IMG/VR virus record: IMGVR_UViG_3300050821_006672
Coordinates: 32,001 to 96,000 of that record
DNA length: 64,000 nt
Origin: a virus
Direction: 5' to 3' (one strand)
Position numbers and translations under genes: made by a program. Each line of letters begins with the position of its first letter. Positions within the stretch are counted from its first letter, which is position 1. Positions 1-9,240 of this stretch are shown here, piece after piece. The notes under the pieces were generated by a model. That model was given only the letters and a program-made list of their open reading frames with translations, did not search any database and was not told the DNA's origin.

Positions 1-1182
1 GGCCGAGTAGTTGAATTCGTAGAACACGATGATCTTGTGCTCGGGACGAATGCTCTCGATGAGACTCAGCAACATGTCAAGCTTTGGGTGATCCTCGAAC
101 TCGAACTGTGCTTTGGTGCCTTCATCGTCATCGTAATAACCCAGGTAGCCGGATGAAATCTGTCTCATGCGGAGAAATGCATTCTTCATCAAACGATAGT
201 CGCCACGCGCATTGAGCAACGCCTGTTCCGTGCGTTCAGCGTAAACGAGAGCATCAACAGGAAGCTTGATTGCTTTCTTGATTTCTACGACTTTGGGCAA
301 GTCGGCGGCGTTTGCTTCATAGCCCAGGCTACGATTAGCCAGCATGCGATTGAGAGTACCATTCATCTTCTCTTTGAATGTGTAGTCAATTCCTCCCCAG
401 TAATTGGGTTTGCTAACAAAGAACGTCTCGCGGAATAGTCCTAGGGTCTTCCCTAGTGTCTTGCCCTGATCCACTAGGTACATCTGCGACCAGAGATCAA
501 TGGGATCGTCAAATGGGGTACCTGAGAGCGCGAAGACGATCTCGGCCTTCTTTGATATTTGTCGACAGATACGAAAAGGCAGCTTCCCACGGGTCTTCAC
601 CATGGTGGAGGCTTCTTCAAGGATGAGACCGTTCACGACCGAAAGAAGCTCTTTCAACTTGCCCTTGTCGGGAATGAGTCCATTCCTGTCTTTTTTATTC
701 TTGCGTTTGATTACTCCTAACGTGCAGACCATGTGGAGCAGACCAGCGTAGGTCGTAATGGCAATCATGTAATTGCCATCCAGCAGCGCACGCCACTTCT
801 CTTTTGACGATCCTTCCAGAATGCAGTAAGTGGTTTTTGGGGAATGCTTCTCGATCTCGAGTGCCCACTCGGTCACAACGGACTTTGTGGGAGCAAGGAC
901 CAACGCACACTTGAGTGTCTTCAGCTTTTTGAAATATCGAACCAACGCTACAGACAAAAGCGTCTTGCCGGTACCCGTGTCACACATGTAGTATAAGCGT
1001 TTGAGTTTCGCGCCAGCGATGAAACACACTTTCTGGTGATGGTACAGCTTGAACCAGATTGGAGGCTGTACGGGCAGCCGATCCATTCGATTGTCGAGCT
1101 GCTCGTCGGAAAGGGCTTTGTATGCATTGCAATCGCGCAGAGGCCTTTGTAGGAACGTTTTGATTGTTCTGCGGGGGATCAT
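1..1182 (-). CDS. SNF2-family (SF2) helicase, 3' end runs off the window
   Basis: Not in the ORF track because there is no stop in the window. Hand translation from the ATG at 1182 gives MIPRRTIKTFLQ..., Walker A YYMCDTGTGKT, Walker B-like GLILEEAS, motif III ALSGTPFDDPIDLWSQ and C-lobe HPKLDMLLSLIESIRPEHKIIVF. Confidence 0.85.
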   Translation of the reverse strand, partial: MIPRRTIKTFLQRPLRDCNAYKALSDEQLDNRMDRLPVQPPIWFKLYHHQKVCFIAGAKLKRLYYMCDTGTGKTLLSVALVRYFKKLKTLKCALVLAPTKSVVTEWALEIEKHSPKTTYCILEGSSKEKWRALLDGNYMIAITTYAGLLHMVCTLGVIKRKNKKDRNGLIPDKGKLKELLSVVNGLILEEASTMVKTRGKLPFRICRQISKKAEIVFALSGTPFDDPIDLWSQMYLVDQGKTLGKTLGLFRETFFVSKPNYWGGIDYTFKEKMNGTLNRMLANRSLGYEANAADLPKVVEIKKAIKLPVDALVYAERTEQALLNARGDYRLMKNAFLRMRQISSGYLGYYDDDEGTKAQFEFEDHPKLDMLLSLIESIRPEHKIIVFYEFNYSA

Positions 1183-1206
1183 AGGCCTGGAATGGCAAAA
1201 CCGTGT

Positions 1207-1383
1207 CTACGAGCGTCCTTCGCGGGAATTAGGGCGCCGCAATGTCTGTACAATCCTATCTCGCTCCCATAAATTCAATCCGAGAAGAAAACCTCGATAG
1301 TCTTTCCCGGCAATTTCGTGTCGATAGGGTATCGCTTCCAACTTGGTTGCTAGTTCTTCATCTTTTGGGTCTGTTGCTGTCAT
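1207..1383 (-). CDS. small hypothetical protein
   Basis: ORF between the two helicases. A GAGGAGG RBS lies about 6 nt upstream of the ATG at 1383. Confidence 0.45.
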   Translation of the reverse strand: MTATDPKDEELATKLEAIPYRHEIAGKDYRGFLLGLNLWERDRIVQTLRRPNSREGRS

Positions 1384-2824
1384 AGTCATCCTCCTCGTCT
1401 TCGTCGCCACCACTCCCCTTCATATCCTTTAGGAAGTCGAAGTATTTGGGCTCCAAAAGCATCGAGTCAATACAGAATTGTCCAACCTTGTAGTTCTGCG
1501 TAATCAGCACACCAAAGTGATCTTCTTCCGATCGGGCCTTGGCGATGTACATCCTGGCCAGCCCACGTTTGCGTTCTTCATCTGTACATGAATACACGGC
1601 AACCTGATCGGCGCTGTTGGTCAAGGCCCACGCCTCTGAGATTTGCGTCATTGACACCGTAGTTGATAATGCACTGATTCGTCCTGTCTGCTGCGCTGTG
1701 ATACCTGCGACGTTACGTTCTTCACAGAGCCCTTTGAACTCTTCTCCAATACGTCCCAGTGAGTTCGTGTGATCACGTGGGTCGGTCCGGGTTACGCCTA
1801 TATAATCCAAAAGAAGCATGTCCGGGATGAAATGTTCGACGACCTCGAGATGATCCAGGTAAGCCCGCAATCCATTCATGGTCAGCGAACGCATCGGAAA
1901 CTTGCGAATGATGATGTTGTCAAAGCGCGTACCGACATGGCTGATACGTGTTTGCAACTCATCCGAGATCGTCGGGTCCTCCCACGCAAAGTCGGGTTCG
2001 ATGATCTCTTGTTCAGCGCTTTCGAAGCGTCCCAGTTTGTCCACGTTGAGTGTCGTCGATAGAAACTCTTTCTCCTGGCGTTTTGGCATCGAGAACAAAC
2101 GTTGGTAGTAGCGTTGCGCGACTTCATCTTCGGTGAGTTCAAGAGTAATGTGCGCGATCTTCTTGCGTTGGAGGAATGCACGAGCACCCTGATCGATTAA
2201 GTACCAGCTTTTGCCAAATCCCGTAGGCGCCAGAAACAACGTGACGGCTCCGCGTGCCGGTACGAAGCGCCTTCTGTCGAACTGTTCAATGCCTGAAATG
2301 AATTCGACCTGGCGGTTCTGTAGGTTCTCAATGACGCGTTCGTAGTTGCTCAGGTGTAGTCCGGGTTTGAAGTCAATCTCGCGGGTGTGAAGAATATCAT
2401 TCCAGATTTCCTCGACCTCGGCGATTGCCAACTCGTTGTTGGATTCGAGGCGCTGGGCCGAGCGCAATACCGCGTCTTTCAACCGTTGCGTGCGATGAAA
2501 AGAACTGAGCTTGTTTACGACGTATTCCCCGTTGATGCTCTCGGATAACTCCAGCATTGCAACGAGGATGTTGTTATAAGTCTGCGCCTTTCGGTTGTTG
2601 GGATCATCGATGATATCGGCAACGAGGTCCTGCGTGTGCTGTTTGGGTGCCTTACTGTGCTGGCGCCAGTAATCGATACAGCGTTCTACAATGATACGTA
2701 GTTCGCCCTCGAACAACTGGGGCTCGATCAGATTGACAACAATTTTTCCATAGATGTCGTTATGCGCAATGACTGTCGCCAGGTTCTCCTGCAACGTCCT
2801 TGTCAGGAGTTTCTTATCTGCCAT
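1358..2824 (-). CDS. replicative DNA helicase, DnaB/SF4-like
   Basis: 488 aa. Walker A LAPTGFGKS, ITLEL, Walker B LLLDYIG, TAQQTGR and IAKARS motifs, acidic tail. Confidence 0.88.
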   Translation of the reverse strand: MADKKLLTRTLQENLATVIAHNDIYGKIVVNLIEPQLFEGELRIIVERCIDYWRQHSKAPKQHTQDLVADIIDDPNNRKAQTYNNILVAMLELSESINGEYVVNKLSSFHRTQRLKDAVLRSAQRLESNNELAIAEVEEIWNDILHTREIDFKPGLHLSNYERVIENLQNRQVEFISGIEQFDRRRFVPARGAVTLFLAPTGFGKSWYLIDQGARAFLQRKKIAHITLELTEDEVAQRYYQRLFSMPKRQEKEFLSTTLNVDKLGRFESAEQEIIEPDFAWEDPTISDELQTRISHVGTRFDNIIIRKFPMRSLTMNGLRAYLDHLEVVEHFIPDMLLLDYIGVTRTDPRDHTNSLGRIGEEFKGLCEERNVAGITAQQTGRISALSTTVSMTQISEAWALTNSADQVAVYSCTDEERKRGLARMYIAKARSEEDHFGVLITQNYKVGQFCIDSMLLEPKYFDFLKDMKGSGGDEDEEDDYDSNRPKR

Positions 2825-2825
2825 A

Positions 2826-3494
2826 TCAATCTGTACTTTCCCACGCCGCTATGCAAACAGGCGTAACGCCTCTTGCCAGTTCCTTCATGGCGTCAGCGTA
2901 AACCCTTATTTCATACTGTGCATGGGTGTCACAGCGCAGAGTTAAAAATCGAAGTAGATTGAGTAGATTCACCGTTGCAAACATATGAGAGTAGGTCGCA
3001 ACCGGCAATACCGACCGCGCTAGTTCGCGGGGAACATCCTGCGCCAAAAGAGAACGATACGCTGCAAATGCCGCACGGCAACTGTGATCGATCATGGATG
3101 GGACTAACATGTCGCGTTCAGTAGACAAGTCACGACCTTGTTTGTTCGATTTCGACTGTGATCCAATATGTTCAGGCCTTGGTACGTAGAACACCTCAGG
3201 CAATTCTTTGTATCTAGCACTCAACTCGTTGTAACTGAAAGTTCTGTGGCGATGCCACTGCCGAAAGACAAAGATCGGAGCCATTACCTCGAACGTAAAC
3301 GTCACTGCTTCGAACGGTGTAGTGTGCTTGTGTTTCCACAAGTAGTTGATCAGGCGTGTATCAGATTTCTCATCCTCACCTGCGCGCCACGCAGCATCGT
3401 AAGACACGCGCGCAGCCCGCACTACTGACAGGTCGGAACCCATACTATCGACAAGTCGTACAAAACCGTGATCTAGCACGTCAATTTTTTGCAT
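2826..3494 (-). CDS. thyX: FAD-dependent thymidylate synthase
   Basis: ThyX motifs AARVSY, HTTPFE, RHRTFSYNELSARY, ELARSVLP and HAQYEIR. Confidence 0.96.
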   Translation of the reverse strand: MQKIDVLDHGFVRLVDSMGSDLSVVRAARVSYDAAWRAGEDEKSDTRLINYLWKHKHTTPFEAVTFTFEVMAPIFVFRQWHRHRTFSYNELSARYKELPEVFYVPRPEHIGSQSKSNKQGRDLSTERDMLVPSMIDHSCRAAFAAYRSLLAQDVPRELARSVLPVATYSHMFATVNLLNLLRFLTLRCDTHAQYEIRVYADAMKELARGVTPVCIAAWESTD

Positions 3495-3718
3495 TGTTGC
3501 TCTCCAAGTTGGAAATCTCGCGGTTAAGATACCATCTCGCCTTTTTCAGGTCCTCAAGTGCCGAATCTTTCTTTCCGGCTCGGCAGATGTACTTGACACA
3601 GTTCCCAAGCGGGAAATTAAGACCCCACGCCTCGATAACCTTGATCGCTTCGTAAAGGTTGTCGGCACCGCCGTAGTTGTGGAGGATGGTTGATCTTTTC
3701 AGATGGGCTGTCTGCCAT
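3481..3718 (-). pseudogene. DUF3310-family (T7 gp1.7-like nucleotide kinase) gene with a +1 frameshift
   Basis: ATG at 3718 reads MADSPSEKINHPP. One extra A (CCA CAAC TAC instead of CCA CAC TAC) shifts the frame. The shifted frame continues YGGADNLYEAIKVIEAWGLNFPLGNCVKYICRAGKKDSALEDLKKARWYLNREI to the TGA at 3481. Span is 238 nt (3n+1). Confidence 0.8.
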
Positions 3719-3723
3719 AGCGT

Positions 3724-3888
3724 TTATTCTCTAAACGCCATCTGGAACTGCTCGCGTACTAGCCTTGTAGTTTCGTACACGACACGTTGTGCCTCTGTCA
3801 GCATCTCACGGTCACCCGCTTGCATACTCATAGTCGCGGGGGCGAACTGATGGAGTACGGCAAGAGCCTCGGGGAGAGTCAGTGTCAT
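3724..3888 (-). CDS. hypothetical protein (54 aa)
   Basis: ATG overlaps the upstream stop (ATGA coupling at 3885-3888); MTLTLPEALAVLHQF... Confidence 0.5.
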   Translation of the reverse strand: MTLTLPEALAVLHQFAPATMSMQAGDREMLTEAQRVVYETTRLVREQFQMAFRE

Positions 3889-4358
3889 TTCGTGGTCTCC
3901 TGTCTGACGATAAGCTTGAGTAATCCAGCTTTCGCATATCCGGGGAAGTTCTGGTCGATCACAGCAGGAATACGGTTCAGATTGCGTAGTAAGGTATTCC
4001 CTGTGGTTGGCACACGTTGGCGGGTCATATATTGCCATAACAGGTCAATTGCAGTTGTGAGTAATGCTTCTTGCTCGAGGCGGGTACTGACGGCTTTCTC
4101 GGCGAATGAAATGGCCAGGTTGATCTTGTTAAGCTGCCCAGTCTTGTTGACTGCGAACTTTGGGCATTCGATCCCGCGGGCGTTGAGCACAGAACAAATC
4201 ACATTGACCACAATGTCTGGATCAAGGCCACCATTGACCTTCTTGACAACAGGCTGTGTAGACCCTTTCAAGGCTTTTATCCGTTGGTGTAATGCATCCA
4301 ATTCCCGGGCAGACAGGAACGGCAATTTGGAGATGATCTCATGTAAATCGGAACGCAT
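3885..4358 (-). CDS. hypothetical protein, first gene of the leftward operon
   Basis: 157 aa ORF, translationally coupled to the next gene. Confidence 0.6.
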   Translation of the reverse strand: MRSDLHEIISKLPFLSARELDALHQRIKALKGSTQPVVKKVNGGLDPDIVVNVICSVLNARGIECPKFAVNKTGQLNKINLAISFAEKAVSTRLEQEALLTTAIDLLWQYMTRQRVPTTGNTLLRNLNRIPAVIDQNFPGYAKAGLLKLIVRQETTK

Positions 4359-4449
4359 GCATCTTCTTCATACTACGTACAAATACAATACTACATGAGA
4401 GTAGCATAGCAGGCATACCTACCCTACCCGTATCCCCTCCCCTCCCGCA

Positions 4450-4491
4450 GTTTAAGTCTGCGTTTGACGTAGAGCGAAGGCAGACTTAAAC
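4450..4491. repeat. perfect 12-bp inverted repeat in the divergent intergenic region
   Basis: GTTTAAGTCTGC (4450-4461) and GCAGACTTAAAC (4480-4491). Confidence 0.8.
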
Positions 4492-4790
4492 GTATATTCG
4501 TAGCTCTTTATCCTGCGTTTATCGCTCCGCCATGTATCGGTGGCCAGCCGCCTCCCCACCCATTACGTATGCCGGGCCAGCATGAGGGGGTAGTACGGGA
4601 TTTACATCCCAGGAGCATTTATCCCTCAGGGCAAGCTACACCCAGTCGGGCCGTCGGGTTAACCGGCGCAGGTATGACTAGAATCTTTGATGGGATGTTT
4701 ATGGGCTTTGGAGGGGTTGCAACCAGGAACTCAATCGACTATAAGCCGGGTTCCGGTTGGATGCTCGCCGTCGGAAGCTCCATCCAATCA

Positions 4791-4827
4791 GCCCCGGCAA
4801 GGTCACTCTTGGCCGGGGCATCTTTTT
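4791..4827 (+). terminator. Rho-independent terminator
   Basis: GCCCCGGC...GCCGGGGC stem followed by ATCTTTTT. Confidence 0.7.
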
Positions 4828-4840
4828 GTATAGACCCAAA

Positions 4841-4868
4841 TTGATTTGTCGACAACCCTCTGTATGAT
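4841..4868 (+). promoter_or_regulatory. putative sigma70-type promoter of the rightward que operon
   Basis: TTGATT-N16-TATGAT, followed by a GGGAGG RBS and the ATG at 4897. Confidence 0.5.
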
Positions 4869-4896
4869 AGTCATGAATTCAATGGGAGGTTGATAG

Positions 4897-5190
4897 ATGT
4901 ATTCCTTGACCAATGTTCCCAAGAAATCCGACGATCTCGAAATCAAAGGCATCGTTGATGGTGAGAACATCCGCATTGTTTGTGCTAAGCGCCACGCAGA
5001 TGCTAATGATGATTGGTTAGGTATGGCGGATAGCTATCTAGGTGACCACATGCTCACGAAACCCGCTGCTTTGCGTAAGATGTATGCAGACGATTTGGTG
5101 ACTGCTATTCGTCTGGCCCGTGATGCCGGTTATGCACAAGCCCAACACGACATTCGTTTGGCGTTGGGCATTTCTCGTGAAAGGATTTAA
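4897..5190 (+). CDS. hypothetical protein
   Basis: 97 aa ORF with a GGGAGG RBS. Confidence 0.65.
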   Translation: MYSLTNVPKKSDDLEIKGIVDGENIRIVCAKRHADANDDWLGMADSYLGDHMLTKPAALRKMYADDLVTAIRLARDAGYAQAQHDIRLALGISRERI

Positions 5191-5192
5191 CC

Positions 5193-5651
5193 ATGGACCT
5201 TTCAGAACTCACCCAACTCGGCAGTGTCAGCGAAATCCCTGAGTCGCCGGATAGAGCAGTCATCGAGATCGTCAACAACCCTTATCCGCAGTTGCCCTAC
5301 ACGTGTCGGTTCACCTGTCCTGAAATGACCTCTTTGTGCCCACGGACGGGTGCTCCCGACTTCGCAACGATCGTCATCGACTACCAACCCAAAGAGTTCC
5401 TGATCGAATCCAAATCCCTCAAACTGTTCATCGCGTCGTTTCGCAATCACAGAGGCTTCCATGAAGTCTGTACCGTCATGATCTGTGATCGCCTCTATCA
5501 AGCAGTTTCACCATGTTGGATTCGTGTCGTCGGTATGTGGATGCCGAGGGGCGGAATTCCTATCGACGTTGTGATCGAGGTCGGTTGTCCTGAAGGCGAT
5601 CAGCTTCCTCCCGAGATGCCAATCGACCTTCGTGCTTATCGGGCAAGGTGA
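5193..5651 (+). CDS. queF: NADPH-dependent preQ0 nitrile reductase (unimodular QueF)
   Basis: [12 protein letters not shown] (catalytic Cys and Asp), QueF motif [11 protein letters not shown] and PRGGI. Confidence 0.92.
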   Translation: MDLSELTQLGSVSEIPESPDRAVIEIVNNPYPQLPYTCRFTCPEMTSLCPRTGAPDFATIVIDYQPKEFLIESKSLKLFIASFRNHRGFHEVCTVMICDRLYQAVSPCWIRVVGMWMPRGGIPIDVVIEVGCPEGDQLPPEMPIDLRAYRAR

Positions 5652-5654
5652 GAT

Positions 5655-5954
5655 ATGGCCAACATTGCGGAGTTGATCACACAGATTGAAACTTTTCTGG
5701 AAGATGCTGATCGTTTCGAACTTGCTGATGACAGTGTGGTTGATATCTGGCCGGCTACTAGAGCACTGGATGAGTTGAAACTCGTCCTCGCCGCGCAGGC
5801 GCAGGAGATCGAGCGGCTAAGAGACGCACTAGAGGCCTGTCGCCAACATGTCCGGCATCACAACAATTCGGGAAGTTGGTGGAACGATCCAATAGTTTGG
5901 AAATTAATGCGAGAGAAAATTGACCCAGCACTTGGAATAGAGACGCGAGAATGA
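5655..5954 (+). CDS. hypothetical protein
   Basis: 99 aa with a coiled-coil stretch (AAQAQEIERLRDALE); coupled to its neighbours. Confidence 0.6.
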   Translation: MANIAELITQIETFLEDADRFELADDSVVDIWPATRALDELKLVLAAQAQEIERLRDALEACRQHVRHHNNSGSWWNDPIVWKLMREKIDPALGIETRE

Positions 5955-6871
5955 CTCTATCATTCGGGGCAGAGCACGAGTGGGCCGACTTCCCACTCGA
6001 TGGGGTATTTCCTTATGGATTCAAGCATAACAAGAAAGATCACACCGTCGTCAATTCTAATGGCATTGCCAATGACCCGTCTGGTAGGCTCTACAAGTTT
6101 GGTGGTGAGATCAATTCCCCACCGACAGATTCGATAGGCGATCAACTCGACATCACCGAGAGATTAATTGACTACTTGGACATGGCGAAAGTGAACTATC
6201 GCTCCAACTTGCATATTCATCTACGTGTTCCCGGGTTGCGTGATGATCTTGCCATGCTCAAACAGGTCCAGAGATACACTCACACGAACATGCCTGCCGC
6301 GTTGCAACTCATCGAGCCCATTCCCAAGCCTTCTCATCGGGACAAACAATTCGAGAATCATTTCCAAGCTTACGAAGGTGCTCTGCGCCGCTACAAACGC
6401 AGGTGCGTCAGTCATCACACGTTGCTGACGCCTAAACGTCTGGCCTACCAACTCGAGGCCAGGACATGCGATGAGTTCTTCAGGCTAGAAGTTCCTGCCG
6501 CCCCCAATGGACGCGTGCTATGGCATCTCCAACCAAGACTGTGTGTGTCTTTGAGACAAATGCTGGAGACCGATACGATCGAGTTTAGGCATTGGCCGGG
6601 TACGCTTGATATAGACGAGTTATCGACATGTTTCCAATGGTGCAAACGTTTCATCATTGCGGCGATGAATGATCGGCCTATACTCGACTTGTTGGCATGG
6701 GCCAGGAAACAAACGTTCCCGAAGTTCCCGGATTACGTCCACTGGATGGAGTTACGTTATCGTGCCACGGTCCATGATGGGTCCCTGTCCAAGGACGAGA
6801 TCAAGCGTAATATCGCGAGAATACTCGATGGTAAGTTTGATGAACACGGAATAGGCGAGTCATTGCCATGA
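5951..6871 (+). CDS. amidoligase (COOH-NH2 ligase, glutamine-synthetase-like fold)
   Basis: Motifs SFGAEHE, GGEINSPP, SNLHIHL and TIEFRHWPGT are typical of the phage amidoligase family. Confidence 0.8.
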   Translation: MTLSFGAEHEWADFPLDGVFPYGFKHNKKDHTVVNSNGIANDPSGRLYKFGGEINSPPTDSIGDQLDITERLIDYLDMAKVNYRSNLHIHLRVPGLRDDLAMLKQVQRYTHTNMPAALQLIEPIPKPSHRDKQFENHFQAYEGALRRYKRRCVSHHTLLTPKRLAYQLEARTCDEFFRLEVPAAPNGRVLWHLQPRLCVSLRQMLETDTIEFRHWPGTLDIDELSTCFQWCKRFIIAAMNDRPILDLLAWARKQTFPKFPDYVHWMELRYRATVHDGSLSKDEIKRNIARILDGKFDEHGIGESLP

Positions 6872-7320
6872 ACATCCTCGTTGTCTGCCTTGGTAACATC
6901 TGGCGCTCGCCATTGTGCGCAGCGGTCCTGTCACGTGAAAAAGGATTAAGTGTCAAGTCCGTGGCGTTCCTCAAAGGAGGCAGGCGTGCCGCTCCCGGTG
7001 CGAGAGATTATGCACAAAACAAATTGAACGTGGACCTATCCGAACACCGCTCGCAGCAGATTACCGCGGCTGACATTGGCTGGGCCGATATCATAGTATG
7101 TATGAACGAAAGGCACATTCAACGTTTGAAGGCACTCGTCCCGCGTAAACAACTGTGGTGGGTGCGTAATCTCGGGGATTACGCCGATCCTGTAAGATCG
7201 TCAATTCCCGATCCCAACTTCATCTCTGATCCGATCCGCCTTGCGAAAACGTTGGATTTGATCTACAAGGCGTCTACCAACTTGGGAAGGCAACTCGTAG
7301 CCAAGACGGTGTCAAAATGA
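6868..7320 (+). CDS. low-molecular-weight protein phosphatase (LMWPc/ArsC fold)
   Basis: P-loop VCLGNIWRS (CX5RS), HRSQQI, ADIIVCM and IPDP. Confidence 0.88.
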   Translation: MNILVVCLGNIWRSPLCAAVLSREKGLSVKSVAFLKGGRRAAPGARDYAQNKLNVDLSEHRSQQITAADIGWADIIVCMNERHIQRLKALVPRKQLWWVRNLGDYADPVRSSIPDPNFISDPIRLAKTLDLIYKASTNLGRQLVAKTVSK

Positions 7321-7514
7321 CCGTCGTTATTTTCCGTGATGTTCAGATTGGTGATATGATCTTGGCTATTCGAGCAGCAAAATGGTTGTTGGCGCAGGAC
7401 CTAGGTCAGAAAGATGCTATACTGGCTTATGGTAAAGGTGATGATGAGAAAAGCTTCTATGTCAAACGCAACAAAAGCAGCATTACGGTGAGGTCGTGCT
7501 CCCGATCTTTGTGA
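7317..7514 (+). CDS. hypothetical protein
   Basis: 65 aa, ATGA-coupled to the upstream gene. Confidence 0.5.
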   Translation: MTVVIFRDVQIGDMILAIRAAKWLLAQDLGQKDAILAYGKGDDEKSFYVKRNKSSITVRSCSRSL

Positions 7515-8239
7515 ACGAGATATTTGGCCCAACTATCCAAGGCGAGGGTCCGTCAGCGGGAATGCCTTGCATGTTCTTGCGGACAGCATACTGCAATTTA
7601 TCTTGCCGGTGGTGTGACACCCCCTACACGTGGAATTGGATTGGTTCGGCGCCAGGAAATCATCCAGACAAGTTCATTCGTGAGAATGAAGTTCATAAGA
7701 TGACGGTTGATGAGGTGCTTACCCAGTTGGGGGAAGTTTCAACTTCAACAATAAGAGTACTTCCTCCTGTTCGTTCTTTGGTGATCTCGGGTGGAGAACC
7801 TATGCTGCAACAGCGCCGACTCATGCCTGTAGTTAGTATGTTGGTGATGGCAGGTTGGTGGATCGAGATCGAGACAAATGGGGCGGTCATGCCCATCGCG
7901 GCATTCACGGGGATGTTGGATCAGATCAATTGCTCCCCCAAGTTGTCCAACTCAGGAGACTCGCTAGAGCGGCGAATCAAAGAAGGACCATTGCAGGCTC
8001 TTGCGAAGGACGATAAGACAATCTTCAAGTTCGTAGTAGGCTCGGAGCCGGACCTGGATGAGGTCAATGCATTGGTCAGACAGTTCTGTATGAGGAACGT
8101 GTGGCTCATGCCGCAGGCGCGGACCAAGGAAGAGTTGGAGAAGAACTATCCGTTGGTCTGTGCATGGGGGAAGCAACTCGGGTACAATGTGAGTTCGCGT
8201 AAGCACATTGAATTGTGGGGGTCAAAACGGGGTGTTTGA
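7496..8239 (+). CDS. queE: 7-carboxy-7-deazaguanine synthase (radical SAM)
   Basis: EIFGPTIQGEG, CNLSCRWCDT, SGGEP, ETNG, SPKL, KFVV and C-terminal HIELWGSKRGV. Confidence 0.93.
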   Translation: MLPIFVNEIFGPTIQGEGPSAGMPCMFLRTAYCNLSCRWCDTPYTWNWIGSAPGNHPDKFIRENEVHKMTVDEVLTQLGEVSTSTIRVLPPVRSLVISGGEPMLQQRRLMPVVSMLVMAGWWIEIETNGAVMPIAAFTGMLDQINCSPKLSNSGDSLERRIKEGPLQALAKDDKTIFKFVVGSEPDLDEVNALVRQFCMRNVWLMPQARTKEELEKNYPLVCAWGKQLGYNVSSRKHIELWGSKRGV

Positions 8240-8433
8240 TGGCAGGATTACTTGAGCCACAAAGACTTGACTACTGTAATTGGTATTACGAATACCCGAC
8301 GTATATGCTACTTGTTCATGAGGTAAGGGATAAAAAGGGCAAGCTGCTCACTACTGATAGCATTAAAATTCAGTGGCGTAAGATTCAGGCTTCATTGAAG
8401 CGCAGTTACAAGCCTAAGAGAAAGCCGCGTTGA
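8239..8433 (+). CDS. hypothetical protein
   Basis: ATG overlaps the queE stop (TGATG). Confidence 0.45.
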   Translation: MAGLLEPQRLDYCNWYYEYPTYMLLVHEVRDKKGKLLTTDSIKIQWRKIQASLKRSYKPKRKPR

Positions 8434-8439
8434 AGCCTC

Positions 8440-8468
8440 TTGCAATTTTATTGCGCATCCTCTATTGT
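8440..8468 (+). promoter_or_regulatory. putative sigma70-type promoter for the NusG-like gene
   Basis: TTGCAA-N17-TATTGT, ending 9 nt before the ATG at 8478. Confidence 0.55.
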
Positions 8469-8477
8469 ATTCGACCC

Positions 8478-8969
8478 ATGACAGGCGGACGTTGGATAGT
8501 CGCGGTCACACAACCCAACCGGGAGGGCTGGGCACTCGAAAATATCGAGCGCCAGTCCTACAAATATTACTTCCCGCAAGTAGCCGAACGCGTCAAGACA
8601 TCCCGACATTTGATGGAGTTCCGTGCCCGCCCATTATTTCCCAGACACGTGTTTGTCTACATTGAAGACAAGTGGCATTCGCTCCTGAGTACATTTGGTG
8701 TCAGGAGTATTATTATGTTCGGAGGCAATGTCGCTGTCGTTCCAGAGCGCGACATACAAAGAGTCCGTGCCATGGAAGATCAGATGGGATTGGTAATACT
8801 TCCCAGACTCCGTGAAGGTCAAGAGGTAATCCTCAAACGTGGAGCCTTCTCAGGCCAACGCGGTATCTACCAGGGTCAAAGTTCGAAAGATCGTTGTAAA
8901 GTGTTGCTTGCTTACCTGGGTCGTGTAGTTCCGGTTTTGGTTGATAGTGACATACTCAAAGCAGCTTGA
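8478..8969 (+). CDS. NusG/RfaH-family transcription antiterminator
   Basis: NGN domain WIVAVTQPNRE...PLFPRHVFV...GVRSII and KOW domain GQEVILKRGAFSGQRG...RCKVLL. Confidence 0.88.
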   Translation: MTGGRWIVAVTQPNREGWALENIERQSYKYYFPQVAERVKTSRHLMEFRARPLFPRHVFVYIEDKWHSLLSTFGVRSIIMFGGNVAVVPERDIQRVRAMEDQMGLVILPRLREGQEVILKRGAFSGQRGIYQGQSSKDRCKVLLAYLGRVVPVLVDSDILKAA

Positions 8970-8981
8970 GTATGATAAGAT

Positions 8982-9230
8982 GCAAGGGGCACCAAACGTC
9001 GGCCCTTGACTGCCCAGCAACCGATTAGGTGCCTAAGCTGGGAATAGTAAGATCGGTCAAGGCCGCCGCGGTCAGGCCTAGCAGTTCTAATAGAACTGCC
9101 CTTGCTGAGGAGGCGTTATCCCAGCACCCGGACGGTAGTGCACCTTCAAAGTAGAGATGTGGGCTGGCCAGACAGGACATACGCCGATGCGCGCAGGGTT
9201 TGGCGACGACGCAGCCCACATCTGTACTTT
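8982..9230 (+). ncRNA. highly structured intergenic RNA or late-operon leader (family unknown)
   Basis: Multiple stems: 8982-88/9099-105, 8988-93/9028-33, 9004-10/9056-62, 9013-18/9037-42, 9081-89/9091-99 and 9155-66/9212-23. A TATGAT box lies at 8971. Confidence 0.5.
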
Positions 9231-9240
9231 GGGATGAAAA

